Assembly (NCBI GenBank): GCA_041740355.1
Contig: JBGSMD010000013.1
Coordinates: 68,146-132,145, forward strand
Length of the DNA stretch: 64,000 bases
Source: Bdellovibrionota bacterium
GTDB lineage: Bacteria; Bdellovibrionota_C; UBA2361; CALJRW01
Direction of reading: 5' to 3'
A program made the translations under genes and the position numbers. Position 1 is the first letter of the stretch, and every line of letters starts with the position of its first letter. The notes under the pieces are model-generated. The model was not told the origin of the DNA. It saw only the letters and a list, made by a program, of their open reading frames with translations, and did not search any database. Positions 50,318 to 60,780 of the stretch are shown here, in pieces.

Positions 50318-50758
50318 CTAAATGTAGTATAGTAAGTAAATCCAAGGGATTACAGCAACGAGCAGATGTAAAAGACAAATTAAGCCAATCATCTTTTGAA
50401 TCAGATGATGACTTTTAGCAAGATAAATTAAAAAAATTGCTAGAATTAAACTAGTACCTTTTACATAAAGCAAAGCTTTTTCAGAGCCAAAACGAAGCAT
50501 CAGACTTTTCAATAAATTATTTCCTTCGGCTTCAACCCCCCAATAATTAATTCCGGCATTTGTAAGGAATAAGTCTAAGAGAATTAAGTAGATTAGAAAT
50601 ACACCCAAAAATACTTGCTGGTTACTTCCAAAATGATTGGGAATCTTTGGTTTGATTTGCGAACAGGAAAGCTGAGCAAGATGATGTGATGAGAACTCTT
50701 CGGCCATCATGGACCCACTTATAACTTGTTGCTGAATAGCGTGACTAATTGGCATCAC
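50318..50758 (-). CDS. Membrane protein (DUF5658-like)
   Basis: LDLFLT..GI...G..AEGN.L..LM pattern. Confidence 0.6.
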   Translation of the reverse strand: MMPISHAIQQQVISGSMMAEEFSSHHLAQLSCSQIKPKIPNHFGSNQQVFLGVFLIYLILLDLFLTNAGINYWGVEAEGNNLLKSLMLRFGSEKALLYVKGTSLILAIFLIYLAKSHHLIQKMIGLICLLHLLVAVIPWIYLLYYI

Positions 50759-50805
50759 AAAGTCATCGTCTAATCTGGTACTAGACTTAAAACTATGAGA
50801 TCAGT

Positions 50806-51291
50806 TTAACTACAAATTTGAGCTAATGTCTGATTAATAACAGCTTGATATGATTTAATAATATCTAATGTTTCCGTAGAAGTCTTACTTTTAGTAGTGA
50901 TTAATTTATCTTGGCATTGAGAATTACTACTACAATCTTGAGCATTTGCTGTGAGAATTACTTCACTGGTATCAACATTTAGAATTAATTCGTTTATTTG
51001 CAAATTTATTGATTTAGAGCCAGTGCTAGAAATTAATACCTCAGGAAGTAAAATTTGTAATGGAGCTATCCAATAGGCACTACTAACTGATCCAATAGAA
51101 TGTTCACCTTTCTTAAGCATGATTTTTTCTGACAAAAGATGAGAGGGTCCAGAAATTTCCACAGATTTCAAACAACTATTGCTGTTATTATTTAAAGTAA
51201 AATATTGAAGCGGGGCGATTCTTCCGGTGAGGGAACATCCGGACAAGCTGGCAAATCCAAAAACTAAAGTGGCAAGTATTCTAATTTTCAT
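50806..51291 (-). CDS. PqiC-like ABC transport auxiliary lipoprotein
   Basis: Lipobox LSGC, YFTL and W.APL motifs; last gene of the MCE operon. Confidence 0.7.
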   Translation of the reverse strand: MKIRILATLVFGFASLSGCSLTGRIAPLQYFTLNNNSNSCLKSVEISGPSHLLSEKIMLKKGEHSIGSVSSAYWIAPLQILLPEVLISSTGSKSINLQINELILNVDTSEVILTANAQDCSSNSQCQDKLITTKSKTSTETLDIIKSYQAVINQTLAQICS

Positions 51292-51298
51292 AAGTAAA

Positions 51299-52138
51299 TT
51301 ATTTTAAAAGGTTTGCTTCTGTGGGACCCAAGATCGTTTCTTTCCCTTGTTTAATGCTTTGAGCCATGTTGGAAATGGAGTCGCTTGTTTGTTCAAATTT
51401 AGCAGTTGTTTTAGTAATTAAGCGATGAGAATCAGCGGCTATTTTTCCTGTCTGAGCTAGCATTGCTTGCATGGCAACATTTAATTCCTCAGTTAATTTG
51501 GAAAGATTATTAGCCGCTGAGGAAAACGACCTCATCGTAGTTTCGATATCACCAGTTTGTGACGCTAGAGCCGAAGTTACTTTTGCAGAATTTTCTATTA
51601 TTTTGCTAACATTAATAGCATTCTCATTATTTAAAAATTTTTCGCTCTGTGTCAGTAATTTACTGGTTGTTTCTAAAATTTGGGGCAAGGTATTTTGCAA
51701 TTCTTCTAACTTAGTTTTTCCTTCGGGAATGATAAATCTGCCTTTCTGTGCTTCGCCTACCATGTGTAGCAGGGGTGCTTCTTTGGTAGAATCGATCAAA
51801 TCGATATATGATAGGCCTGTCACATAGTTACCGCGTACTGTTGCTGTAGTATCAGTCTTAATTGGAGCATCATTATTTGCTTCAATCTGAACTATTACTC
51901 TTTCTACGTCTGTGGGATGGAATCGAATATCTTGAATTGTTCCAACTTTAATTCCTTTCATCATTACTAGTCCATCTTTTTGTAAGCCAGCAGGAGATTG
52001 CTCTTTCAAATAAACAGCATAGTTAATTTTTTCAGAACCTTGAGTAGAGTTTGAGGCCCAAAGTAAGAATAAAGTTAATCCGGCGATTAGTGTCAGGACA
52101 ATTATTCCAATTAAAAAGTATTTCGGATCTTGATCCAT
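51299..52138 (-). CDS. mlaD: MCE/MlaD family protein
   Basis: N-terminal TM, GL....V...GIKVG.I and TGLSYIDL motifs, helical C-terminus. Confidence 0.88.
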   Translation of the reverse strand: MDQDPKYFLIGIIVLTLIAGLTLFLLWASNSTQGSEKINYAVYLKEQSPAGLQKDGLVMMKGIKVGTIQDIRFHPTDVERVIVQIEANNDAPIKTDTTATVRGNYVTGLSYIDLIDSTKEAPLLHMVGEAQKGRFIIPEGKTKLEELQNTLPQILETTSKLLTQSEKFLNNENAINVSKIIENSAKVTSALASQTGDIETTMRSFSSAANNLSKLTEELNVAMQAMLAQTGKIAADSHRLITKTTAKFEQTSDSISNMAQSIKQGKETILGPTEANLLK

Positions 52139-52141
52139 TTA

Positions 52142-52876
52142 TTATTCTCCAGAACTAAGATATTCAGAAAGCCACGGGTGCGCAACTTTTTTTAATTCGC
52201 TAGCTGTGCCATCAGCTAGAATTTTTCCTTCGGCAAAAGCAATCACTCGATCGGCATAATTTAAAACACTTGCTAAATCATGAGTGACTGTTAACGCCGT
52301 AATCTTAAGTGACTGAGTTAAGGTTAACATTAGTCGATCGAAAGCACGAGCGTTAATTGGATCAAGCCCGGAGGCAGGTTCGTCACAAAGTAAAAGTTTT
52401 GGTTCTAAGGCTAAGGCACGAGCAAGTGCTGCCCGCTTAAGCATCCCTCCTGAAAGCTCACTAGGCATTTTACCCTCAGAGGATAAGGGAAATCCAGCAA
52501 GTCCTAATTTTAAGCGTGCAATTTTTCGGCGCTCAACAAAATCTAACTTGGTGTGTTCTCTTAGTGGCGCTTCCACGTTTTCTAAGACAGAGAGTGAGGA
52601 GAAGAGTGCTCCTTGCTGGAAAAGAATTCCAACAGGATTTTCACGAATTCCCTTTTCTCCAAAAGTATACTCCGGAGTCTTTCCAAAAATTAGAATCTCA
52701 CCAGATATTGGTTTAGTAAGACCAATAATTTGTTTTAGAAGAACACTCTTTCCTGTGCCACTTCCTCCAATTAAAGCAATATAAGCTGGTTCATTAATAG
52801 TAAATGATAATCCATTATGAACTACTTGTGAGCCAAACTGATTATGTAGGTTTTTAACTTCAAGAATTGGACTCAT
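52142..52876 (-). CDS. mlaF: MlaF-like ABC ATP-binding protein
   Basis: GGSGTGKS, FQQGALFSSL, PSELSGGM.KR and DEP.SGLDPI motifs. Confidence 0.9.
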   Translation of the reverse strand: MSPILEVKNLHNQFGSQVVHNGLSFTINEPAYIALIGGSGTGKSVLLKQIIGLTKPISGEILIFGKTPEYTFGEKGIRENPVGILFQQGALFSSLSVLENVEAPLREHTKLDFVERRKIARLKLGLAGFPLSSEGKMPSELSGGMLKRAALARALALEPKLLLCDEPASGLDPINARAFDRLMLTLTQSLKITALTVTHDLASVLNYADRVIAFAEGKILADGTASELKKVAHPWLSEYLSSGE

Positions 52877-52877
52877 G

Positions 52878-54005
52878 CTAAAATCCTAAATTTGCAAAAA
52901 CGACAGTGAAAGCGGCATTCATTAAGATTACAATCACAATACTGCGGACCACGGTTTTAGTTGTAGATAGTCCCACGCTGCGAGCATCCTTTTCTACTTC
53001 CATACCAACACGGCAAGCGATTAGTCCGATTGCTAGTGCGAAAGCTGGTGCTTTTATTAAACCCACAAGAATGTGTTTGAGGGTTAAAACTTGTTCTAAC
53101 CTTTGAAAGAAGGAAGTACTGCTGAGTCCCAAATAATGATCTGTTACCAGCATACCTCCAAATATTCCAATAATATCACCAACAAATACGAGTAATGGTA
53201 AGGCGACAAGTAAAGAAAAGATTCTGGGAAAGATCAAGACATCAAAAGAATTTAATCCAATACTTTTTAGGGCGTCAATTTCTTCTGTTAATTTCATTGC
53301 TCCTAGTTGAGCTGTAAAAGCGGATCCTGATCTACCTGCTAAAATAATTGCTACGAGGATCGGTGACATCTCTCGACATATTGCTAGAGCTACTCCATCT
53401 ACAACAAAAATTGATGCTCCAAACTTTTCAGCTTGCATTGCTAAAAGATAGGCAACAACAGTTCCTATTAAAAAGGTGACTAACATCACAACAGGAATAG
53501 CTTGAACGCCTGTTTGTTCCAATTGTGAAAAAACTTCCCGAAAGCGTATTTTTCTGGGATTGAAAATATAAAAAATTGTAATACTAAGTAAATGACCAAG
53601 GAGGGCCAGATGCGAGGCTATTATTTTTAATAGCTCAATTGAGGAAAAACCAATAAAATTGATAAATCGATAAAGCCGGCTTGTACTTAGATCTGCAGTC
53701 TTTGGGCTAGTCTCTGATCTTTCGTTCACTAAGTTGAAAATATTAGTTTGATCACTTGAAATCTGTTCAAAGATAATTTGTTGGAAATCAAAACCGAGCG
53801 CTTTTAAAGCAAGTAATAAAGCATTAGCACCACTAGTGTCTAGCTGATTAAGCTTAAAGCAATTTAGGATGATCTTTTTTGCAGTGCTATCAAATGTCTT
53901 TGGCGGAGCAATTTGAATCGGAAGTTGACTTAATATTAAATCGCCTGAAATTACCAAGACTAGATCAATTTGATTATCTTGCCAGTTGAAGTCTAATTTT
54001 TTCAT
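52878..54005 (-). CDS. mlaE: MlaE-like ABC permease with an N-terminal STAS-like domain
   Basis: LDTSGA, REMSP...AIILAGRSGSAFTAQLG.MK..EEIDAL motifs. Confidence 0.9.
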   Translation of the reverse strand: MKKLDFNWQDNQIDLVLVISGDLILSQLPIQIAPPKTFDSTAKKIILNCFKLNQLDTSGANALLLALKALGFDFQQIIFEQISSDQTNIFNLVNERSETSPKTADLSTSRLYRFINFIGFSSIELLKIIASHLALLGHLLSITIFYIFNPRKIRFREVFSQLEQTGVQAIPVVMLVTFLIGTVVAYLLAMQAEKFGASIFVVDGVALAICREMSPILVAIILAGRSGSAFTAQLGAMKLTEEIDALKSIGLNSFDVLIFPRIFSLLVALPLLVFVGDIIGIFGGMLVTDHYLGLSSTSFFQRLEQVLTLKHILVGLIKAPAFALAIGLIACRVGMEVEKDARSVGLSTTKTVVRSIVIVILMNAAFTVVFANLGF

Positions 54006-54069
54006 TGGTGCAAGTAGCTCATCTTTTAAAATAATCCAGGACCTTTTGGTTTTAGCGTAATGGAGGTTT

Positions 54070-56022
54070 CTACTTATCTTCTCCCGGAAATAAATCTATG
54101 ACCGAAAGTCCTAAGCCTTTAACAAGAGTTAATGGTAACTTATAAAGTTGTGGTAGAGGGAGGTAAGTACTTCCTCCTACAGGTACTCTAAGTTGAACAC
54201 CAAATATCCACAATCCAAGTTCTAAATTTAAAGATCTATTTTTATAAATACTACCACTAAAATTAGCGCTAGGAACTAAATTGAATACAAAATCTGCTTT
54301 TTGCAAATCAAATGCTTCTTGATTAATAACTACTTGTAAATCAAAATCGTTAATTTTTATTCGTCCCGTATCACTAATGGCATTATCAGCTTTGGAACTT
54401 ACCTCTACGACATTCTCAGGTAAAATTTTAGCAAAGGCCATGGAATTGATGTCCGACACAATTGTGTATGGAAGGAAAAGTATATTAATTGGGGGAACAT
54501 CTTGAAGTTTGGCTGGTAAAAAGACATTATCTCCGCTCATGGTCACAGTGCCAGTCAGTGATTCTCGGAACTTCTCTGTAGTTGTAAGACCTTGAAGTGC
54601 GATTTTAGCATTTGTTATTAATCCTTTGATTGCTTGGCATTGATCTCCACAAAGTGTTGGTAAAATGGTCTCTAAACGTAAATCCTTTAAATCTAGGTAT
54701 AAAGAAAACTGATCATTCTTAAAATTTAATGTCCCTTTGCTCTCGACGCTTGCTTTGGCGCCTTGTTGAAGTTTAAATTGCTCAATTTTTAATGCTTCAT
54801 TTGTGCCAAGACCGATGGAATTAATATTCTTAAAGACCAGTCCTTTTGCCCCAAGCTCAGTTGCTAAAATATTAAATTGATACGATAAATTTCCCGGCAT
54901 CTCCGCTAAATCTGGACGTTGACTTTTCGGCATTAAAAAAGAACCTGTAGCGCTAGCCCCTAATAAAGATTGTTCTCCGTAAACGAAGTTATCAGCATTA
55001 ATTTTATACTGTACTGCTAAATTTAATTTGTTAGTTTTTTTGCTTGTATTTATTTCATCTGGCGCAGGTAATACCTCTGTTTCAGTTTTGACTGATTCAA
55101 AGAAAGACAATAGCTTTTTAAGGTCAATTGATTTGCTCGCCAGATCTAGCTTAAAATCGAAATCATTTTTTTTTAGATTAATTTTTCCTTCGCCATTTAC
55201 TTGAAGCAAATCATGTTCTTGGGGTTGGAGCTTGGCCGAAAACTTGTTTAATTTTAGACCATTAGAATCATAGTTAAAAGTGGAAGAAAAACTGGTACCA
55301 GTCTCTAAAACAAATTTTGGAAATAAATTAGTATTTAATTTCTTTATATTTGATTTTAACTCTCCTTTACAGCTTGCATCTAGCACTGAATACGTTCCGT
55401 TAAACTCCAAATTTCCTTTGCTTGATCCAATTTTAGAATCATCGAGATCAAGATTCTCAAGTTTTGTTTGAATAATAATTGATTTTACTGTTTCTTGATC
55501 AAAGTCCAAGTTCAAATTTAGCTTAGCCGGTCGTTTTAATTTTAAAGTAGGATAGTTTTTTAATGAGATTGTTTGAAACTCGCCAGCTAAATTAGCGTTA
55601 ATTCGTCTGCCTGTGAAACGATAAGTTCCAGAAAGATCTAAGTCGGTTTGAATCATACCAATTTTAGGATCACTTAGTTTTAAACCTGTGATTCTTAAAT
55701 TATTTAATTCGAAAATATCTTCAAATAACTTTTTAAATACAAAACTTAAATTTACTGCTTGAGCTTTAATTTCTAAACCATTTGGTAGGCTCACCTCAAG
55801 ACCCTTGGCTGATATTCCGGAAAATATTTTTAGATTTAATTCTTCAGTTGTAATTTTAATTCCACTACGTTTGCTAATTTCTGGAATAGCAAACTTGGTC
55901 ATAAAGTTTGAGTTAGAAATTAAAAGATAAGTAGTTTCCAGAAATATAATTAGAATCAGGACTAAGCAAATGAAAGCTTTAAAGATTCTTTTAGTATATT
56001 TTATTAATTTTGTGTTCGACAT
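54070..56022 (-). CDS. AsmA-like family protein
   Basis: N-terminal TM anchor then a long beta-rich region; upstream of the MCE operon. Confidence 0.65.
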   Translation of the reverse strand: MSNTKLIKYTKRIFKAFICLVLILIIFLETTYLLISNSNFMTKFAIPEISKRSGIKITTEELNLKIFSGISAKGLEVSLPNGLEIKAQAVNLSFVFKKLFEDIFELNNLRITGLKLSDPKIGMIQTDLDLSGTYRFTGRRINANLAGEFQTISLKNYPTLKLKRPAKLNLNLDFDQETVKSIIIQTKLENLDLDDSKIGSSKGNLEFNGTYSVLDASCKGELKSNIKKLNTNLFPKFVLETGTSFSSTFNYDSNGLKLNKFSAKLQPQEHDLLQVNGEGKINLKKNDFDFKLDLASKSIDLKKLLSFFESVKTETEVLPAPDEINTSKKTNKLNLAVQYKINADNFVYGEQSLLGASATGSFLMPKSQRPDLAEMPGNLSYQFNILATELGAKGLVFKNINSIGLGTNEALKIEQFKLQQGAKASVESKGTLNFKNDQFSLYLDLKDLRLETILPTLCGDQCQAIKGLITNAKIALQGLTTTEKFRESLTGTVTMSGDNVFLPAKLQDVPPINILFLPYTIVSDINSMAFAKILPENVVEVSSKADNAISDTGRIKINDFDLQVVINQEAFDLQKADFVFNLVPSANFSGSIYKNRSLNLELGLWIFGVQLRVPVGGSTYLPLPQLYKLPLTLVKGLGLSVIDLFPGEDK

Positions 56023-56092
56023 TGTAATATTTTTTAGCTGATTTTAAGAAAATAGATAGCATTCAGAATGAATCCTAAGGTAAATGCATTTT

Positions 56093-56941
56093 TTAGGATT
56101 GCTCTTCATTCTCCCAAATCTGATAAAACTCAACTTGTGCCTGATAATTTAGAATTAAAGGCTCGCTCTCTGGTGTTAAACTACTTTTTGGATAACCGGA
56201 ATAAAACTTTTCAATCATAACTTGGTTTTTTTCAATGGAGAAAATTATTCTCCACCCGCCACATCCCATGCGATATTTATTATTAGGCTGTTTCTTAATT
56301 CGACGAGTGCGGTGTGGTGATGGATCAATCGAGAGAAGTTCTGTAGCGCGATCAATAAAATTAATCCCCTGAGATGTAAACCATTTTAATTGCTCAGTGG
56401 CCAATTCCGAATAATGGATCTCGAATTTTGGAGAGTTAGCCAGAGTCGCCTCAACTTGAGCGATCCAACCACTATTGGCAGTCGGGAAGGAGTCGACCTT
56501 AGGTAGATAAGGTTTTAAATCAAGAATCGGAGTTCCATCAACTAAATCATGACTACCAATGTAGATTTTATTTCTTTCGATTTTTAAAAGTTGCACTGCA
56601 GTTAGGCCAATTGGATTTGGGCGATGAGGTGAACGAGTAGCAAAAACCCCGCGACGTTTCTCTGGACCCCGTGGAGGTAAAACTTTGGCTCTCCAATTTT
56701 GATTACGGTGAAACCACCAGACTAACCAAATATGACTAAAGCTTTCAAGGTCGGAAAGTGCTAGTTCCATTCGACTATCATCAATTAACTCTATGACGCT
56801 TACCTCTTTTTCTGATCCACTTGGTTGATGGGGAGCATCAAATTTGGCCTGCATGGTGGTTTTGATATGACCAATAGGTTTTAATACAAGATTAGGGCTT
56901 GGATTAAGATTAGTAGGATTTGGATCAAATATCTTAGGCAT
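56093..56941 (-). CDS. tsaA: tRNA m6t6A37 methyltransferase TrmO
   Basis: PHQP, GVFATRSPHRPNPIGLT and DLVDGTPILDLKPY motifs. Confidence 0.92.
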   Translation of the reverse strand: MPKIFDPNPTNLNPSPNLVLKPIGHIKTTMQAKFDAPHQPSGSEKEVSVIELIDDSRMELALSDLESFSHIWLVWWFHRNQNWRAKVLPPRGPEKRRGVFATRSPHRPNPIGLTAVQLLKIERNKIYIGSHDLVDGTPILDLKPYLPKVDSFPTANSGWIAQVEATLANSPKFEIHYSELATEQLKWFTSQGINFIDRATELLSIDPSPHRTRRIKKQPNNKYRMGCGGWRIIFSIEKNQVMIEKFYSGYPKSSLTPESEPLILNYQAQVEFYQIWENEEQS

Positions 56942-57013
56942 TCTTAAATAATCTAGTGTAAATCTATTATTATTTCAAAAAATTAATATCTTGGTTATTT
57001 TTTAGTAAGGCTT

Positions 57014-57445
57014 ATGATCTTTTTACCAAATGAAAACGAAAAGCGCTTTGTTGCGGTTCTCAATAAGCAAATCGAAATTGGTCGTCTTTTTAACGCACTA
57101 GGTCATATGTCAGCGGGTCTGGTTGCCAGCAAGAATCTTGGAGAGTTTTGCTTTCTTCAGTATCAAGATTTAGGCCAAAGCATTCATCCCAATATTTCTC
57201 ATTATCCCTTTATAGTTTTAAAGGCGGACAACTAGAACAAGATTAGACAATTAAGAAATAATATTATTAGTCAGGGATTACCTTATACTGATTTTGTTTC
57301 CACAATGACTTTAGGAAGTTCATTAGAACAATTATCTGCAACAAGCCAAATTGCCGAGGCAGATTTAGCTTATTATGGCATTTGTTTTTTTGGTGATACT
57401 GAAATTGCTAAGGAGTTAACTAAAAAATTTAGTCTTTTTCAGTAG
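57014..57445 (+). pseudogene. DUF2000-like gene with one in-frame TAG at 57233-57235
   Basis: The frame continues after the TAG as NKIRQLR...YTDFVSTMT...YYGICFFG...LTKKFSLFQ*, completing the family pattern. Confidence 0.8.
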
Positions 57446-57508
57446 TTTTATGCTTGGGCAGCGGATTACGATGTTGTGTATTTTTAAACATAAATATATT
57501 TTATAGAT

Positions 57509-57931
57509 ATGATTAAATCTATCTTTAGCCCCACACCAAATCAAAAACTTTTTAATATATTTTTGTTATTATTTAGACTATGTCTTGGCTGTTTCATGTT
57601 AACTCATGGGGTTGGTAAATTAGACATGCTTATTAATGAGGGACCGGCATCTTTTCCAGATCCCTTAGGAGTTGGTAATTATCTCTCATTAGTTCTAGTA
57701 GTAATTGCCGAGTTTGCTTGCTCTATATTATTAATCTTGGGACTAGCAACGCGTTTGGCAGCCATCCCACTAATTATCACAATGCTTGTCGCTGTTTTTA
57801 TCATTCATGCCAATGATGGATTTGGCAAACAAGAGTTGGGGTTAATGTATTTAGTATCTTACTGTTTAATATTAGTTACCGGGGCAGGTAAATTCTCCCT
57901 TGATTTTCTGATTTATTCAAAAACTAATTAG
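57509..57931 (+). CDS. DoxX family membrane protein
   Basis: LLFR...G.FMLTHG..K, AEF.CS.LLILGL.TR.AA and GAGKFSLD motifs. Confidence 0.92.
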   Translation: MIKSIFSPTPNQKLFNIFLLLFRLCLGCFMLTHGVGKLDMLINEGPASFPDPLGVGNYLSLVLVVIAEFACSILLILGLATRLAAIPLIITMLVAVFIIHANDGFGKQELGLMYLVSYCLILVTGAGKFSLDFLIYSKTN

Positions 57932-58577
57932 TCTTTGTGAGATTTTTTTGGGGGCATTTAACGGGAACATTCTCAAACTCATTAATCAATTCAGAAGCTT
58001 GTAGCTCTGGTTGATCTTTACTAAGTTGAAAATGCCAAGATGTTGGTACTCTTTTAAGCATTAATTGAGATTCCCGCGCGGTATAATGATCCACGTCATT
58101 AGTAGTTAGAATCAGAAGCGGGGAACGAAGTCTTTGTAGAAATGGTTTGCTATCAAAGTTCTTAGTCTTTTGGCGAAGTGGAAGTCCAAGTGGTAAAAAG
58201 TTTTCTAAACGATCAATTATTTTTTGAGCAGCCGTTGGGTTTGGTCTTGTCATCGGATTAATTAGCACTAAGGATCTTGTTAGCTTATTATTAATCAAAC
58301 CAATATGTTGGCAGATACTAGTAGTCGCGGCAAACCCCACAAATGAGGCTTGGCGAATACCCAAGTCTTCCAGTTTTTTTAAAGTTTCTTCTGAGATTAG
58401 AAGCCAGTTATCGTTCGTTACAGTGGGAGTTTCAATTACTAGGATTCGAGAGTTACTCACGAAGGAATTCTCTAGTTTTTCTAAGGAGAAAGTATAAGCT
58501 GATTTTTTTTCCTGTATAAAACAGAATGCTCGACCTTTGCCTTGATCTTTTAAAGTTTTAATCAGACTGTTCATCAC
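57924..58577 (-). CDS. Degenerate alpha/beta-hydrolase-fold-like protein
   Basis: L..LGI..ASFVG, RSLVLINP and L.RLRSPLLIL patterns; no GxSxG. Confidence 0.5.
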   Translation of the reverse strand: MMNSLIKTLKDQGKGRAFCFIQEKKSAYTFSLEKLENSFVSNSRILVIETPTVTNDNWLLISEETLKKLEDLGIRQASFVGFAATTSICQHIGLINNKLTRSLVLINPMTRPNPTAAQKIIDRLENFLPLGLPLRQKTKNFDSKPFLQRLRSPLLILTTNDVDHYTARESQLMLKRVPTSWHFQLSKDQPELQASELINEFENVPVKCPQKNLTKTN

Positions 58578-58781
58578 AACAATCTAAACTAAGTTGGCAG
58601 GTATTAAAAGACCTAGCTAATAAAATTAGCAAACATTTTTGGAAAAACTAAAAAAGCCCACTTGTTATTGTTCTCCAACTCGAACCGCTTAACAGCTCAA
58701 AGTGAAAATGATTAATACCATTAAACTAGGAGCCTGAGTTTTTACTTCATCAAGTTGAAATTATTATTCGTATTCTTTGCT

Positions 58782-60080
58782 TTATTCGATTAGTGTTACC
58801 CCAGTTACACTTTTTCTAGGATATGATTTACATAAAGGATGCCGATTCTTATTGATTCCTACAATCTGCTTAAGCTGTAATAGGTTAGTGGCAAAAATAG
58901 TTTTTATTTTTTCTTGTTTTAACCGTAAAATAAATTCTTTGAGAGTAACCCCAAATTTACTGATATCAACTGCTTCTATAAAATAGATATCTTTTTGCTG
59001 CGGAGACATGGAACTAACATATGGTATACGCAACAAATGTTGATAGTTAAAATAGACAAACTTGCAATCCAAAAAATGTTGATTTGATTGCTTAATAGTT
59101 TTCTCCACAACTTCTCTTGGTAGATGATCTTGTGGAAGTATTATGATGGTATCTATTTCATTTTGTAAGTTAGTTGAAATTAAATAAAAGTAAGCCCGTT
59201 CAATTAAAGTTGGAAATTTTTTCTGTTTAGTATTGAACTCTGAAGGATTTAGTAACTGTTCCTGATTAGATGTTAAGAATTTCTGGTAGGCTTTCCAGAT
59301 AGTAGCTCTATGTTGCAGATACTCTGTTTCCCGATATTTAGAAGGATAACGACTATCAGCGTAAACATAGGGAAGTCCGGCTAGTGGAGCACCATTAATT
59401 TTGGTCCATTTCAAACTCAAACATAGTCTTTGAAGTTGATGTCCCGAGGGAATCTTAAAACCATACGAATGTATTTGCGCTCGTAAAAGCTTTTCAATTG
59501 CTTGATCAAAAATAAACAATGCCCAATCCACAGATTTTTCCCGAACAAAATGAGCAATTTGTAAATCATTTTTGGCATCGGCAATCAGCGATTTGATTTG
59601 AGAATTATTGGGATAAAGGTCTTGTGCTAAATCTTCTAAGCTAATGTTTAAAGCGAAAGGCTCTGCAAACCCCGAGCGAGTATTATCAATTCTTCTCTTG
59701 GATTTCGGGAAATCAACGGTATGTAATAAGGAGGATTTTCTCCAAGATTGGTTTAACTCTCTGGCATTCTGATAAAGTTGTTCAATTTCCTTATTAAGCT
59801 TAGTTTGATTGTTTGGATTGATTCCTAATCGAGAATTTCTAACTAATGAATCAACCCTAGCAAAATAGTGACAATCCAAAACTTCTCCTTTTGCCTGAAG
59901 TTCGAGACAAAGCCTTTCTGTTGAATGGACTAACTGATTTGGATTTGAATATCCTCTGATTAGATATCTTTTTCTTAAACTACGCTCTAAAAATTGTTGA
60001 AGAATAAAGCTGGCCCATTTTTGAGAATAGACTTGAAGGTAAGGTATTGATATAAATCTTTTTCTAGTAAGTCTTGCCAA
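58782..60080 (-). CDS. HEPN-domain-containing protein
   Basis: AKNDLQIA...WALF..DQAIEKLLRA...G..IPSGHQL..L...YADSRYP pattern. Confidence 0.7.
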   Translation of the reverse strand: MARLTRKRFISIPYLQVYSQKWASFILQQFLERSLRKRYLIRGYSNPNQLVHSTERLCLELQAKGEVLDCHYFARVDSLVRNSRLGINPNNQTKLNKEIEQLYQNARELNQSWRKSSLLHTVDFPKSKRRIDNTRSGFAEPFALNISLEDLAQDLYPNNSQIKSLIADAKNDLQIAHFVREKSVDWALFIFDQAIEKLLRAQIHSYGFKIPSGHQLQRLCLSLKWTKINGAPLAGLPYVYADSRYPSKYRETEYLQHRATIWKAYQKFLTSNQEQLLNPSEFNTKQKKFPTLIERAYFYLISTNLQNEIDTIIILPQDHLPREVVEKTIKQSNQHFLDCKFVYFNYQHLLRIPYVSSMSPQQKDIYFIEAVDISKFGVTLKEFILRLKQEKIKTIFATNLLQLKQIVGINKNRHPLCKSYPRKSVTGVTLIE

Positions 60081-60184
60081 GGATCCGTCGAATTACTAGT
60101 CGTTGTAGCAGTAATTTCACTGTTCCTATCCCAACAACTACTCAATGTTAATAATATGGTAATAAGGAGTAGAGCTTTATACAT
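59987..60184 (-). CDS. Possible small lipoprotein
   Basis: Signal peptide with lipobox LSSC; overlaps the next ORF by 94 bp. Confidence 0.35.
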   Translation of the reverse strand: MYKALLLITILLTLSSCWDRNSEITATTTSNSTDPWQDLLEKDLYQYLTFKSILKNGPALFFNNF

Positions 60185-60780
60185 TTAAATTTGCTAAGCG
60201 ACTGGATTGAATTGTTTTGAATAGACCACTAAGGATCTTGCCTTAGAATCTCCACAGACCATCTTTGATCAACCATAGTTTTGTATCTTGCTCCAAAGTT
60301 TAATAAGAATGCTTCAAAGTAATTATCCAGTATCTAACTTATATACAATATTAAACTATCTATAAATAGAAATCTCAATTACTAAAGAGTATTCTTTGAT
60401 AACCATCATAATAAACCTTGATATCGAGTCCACTCCTTAACCCTTTTTGTTACGATAATTCCTGAATGAGAGCCCTCAATCCTAACGGTATTTCCAAAAG
60501 TAATTGTTTTGCAAAACGAACTTAGTTGTCCTTCATTAGATAAGATAGTTTGTCACTCAATTTTTATGGAGACTGAATCTGATCTATATTTATATTGTGA
60601 AATAACCTTAGCTGCGGTGCAAATTTACTGTTTTTCGCCAAAATACAGTCGTCTAAGCCATTTCTGAATGGTTGATTTTTTCTGAAAGAAAAGCAATAAA
60701 TACGGTCGATTTTATTAACTTCTAAAATTTAATTTGTTTATTCTCTGCAATCTTTATAAGGCAGAAAATTCTTTAAATCC

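Noticed and set aside
57233-57235. Genome-wide TAG recoding or pyrrolysine
   Set aside because: TAG terminates conserved genes at their expected ends, and no pyl genes are seen.
60190-60780. Possible pseudogene or RNA gene in the gap before cmk
   Set aside because: Only short interrupted frames and no recognisable motif or structure.
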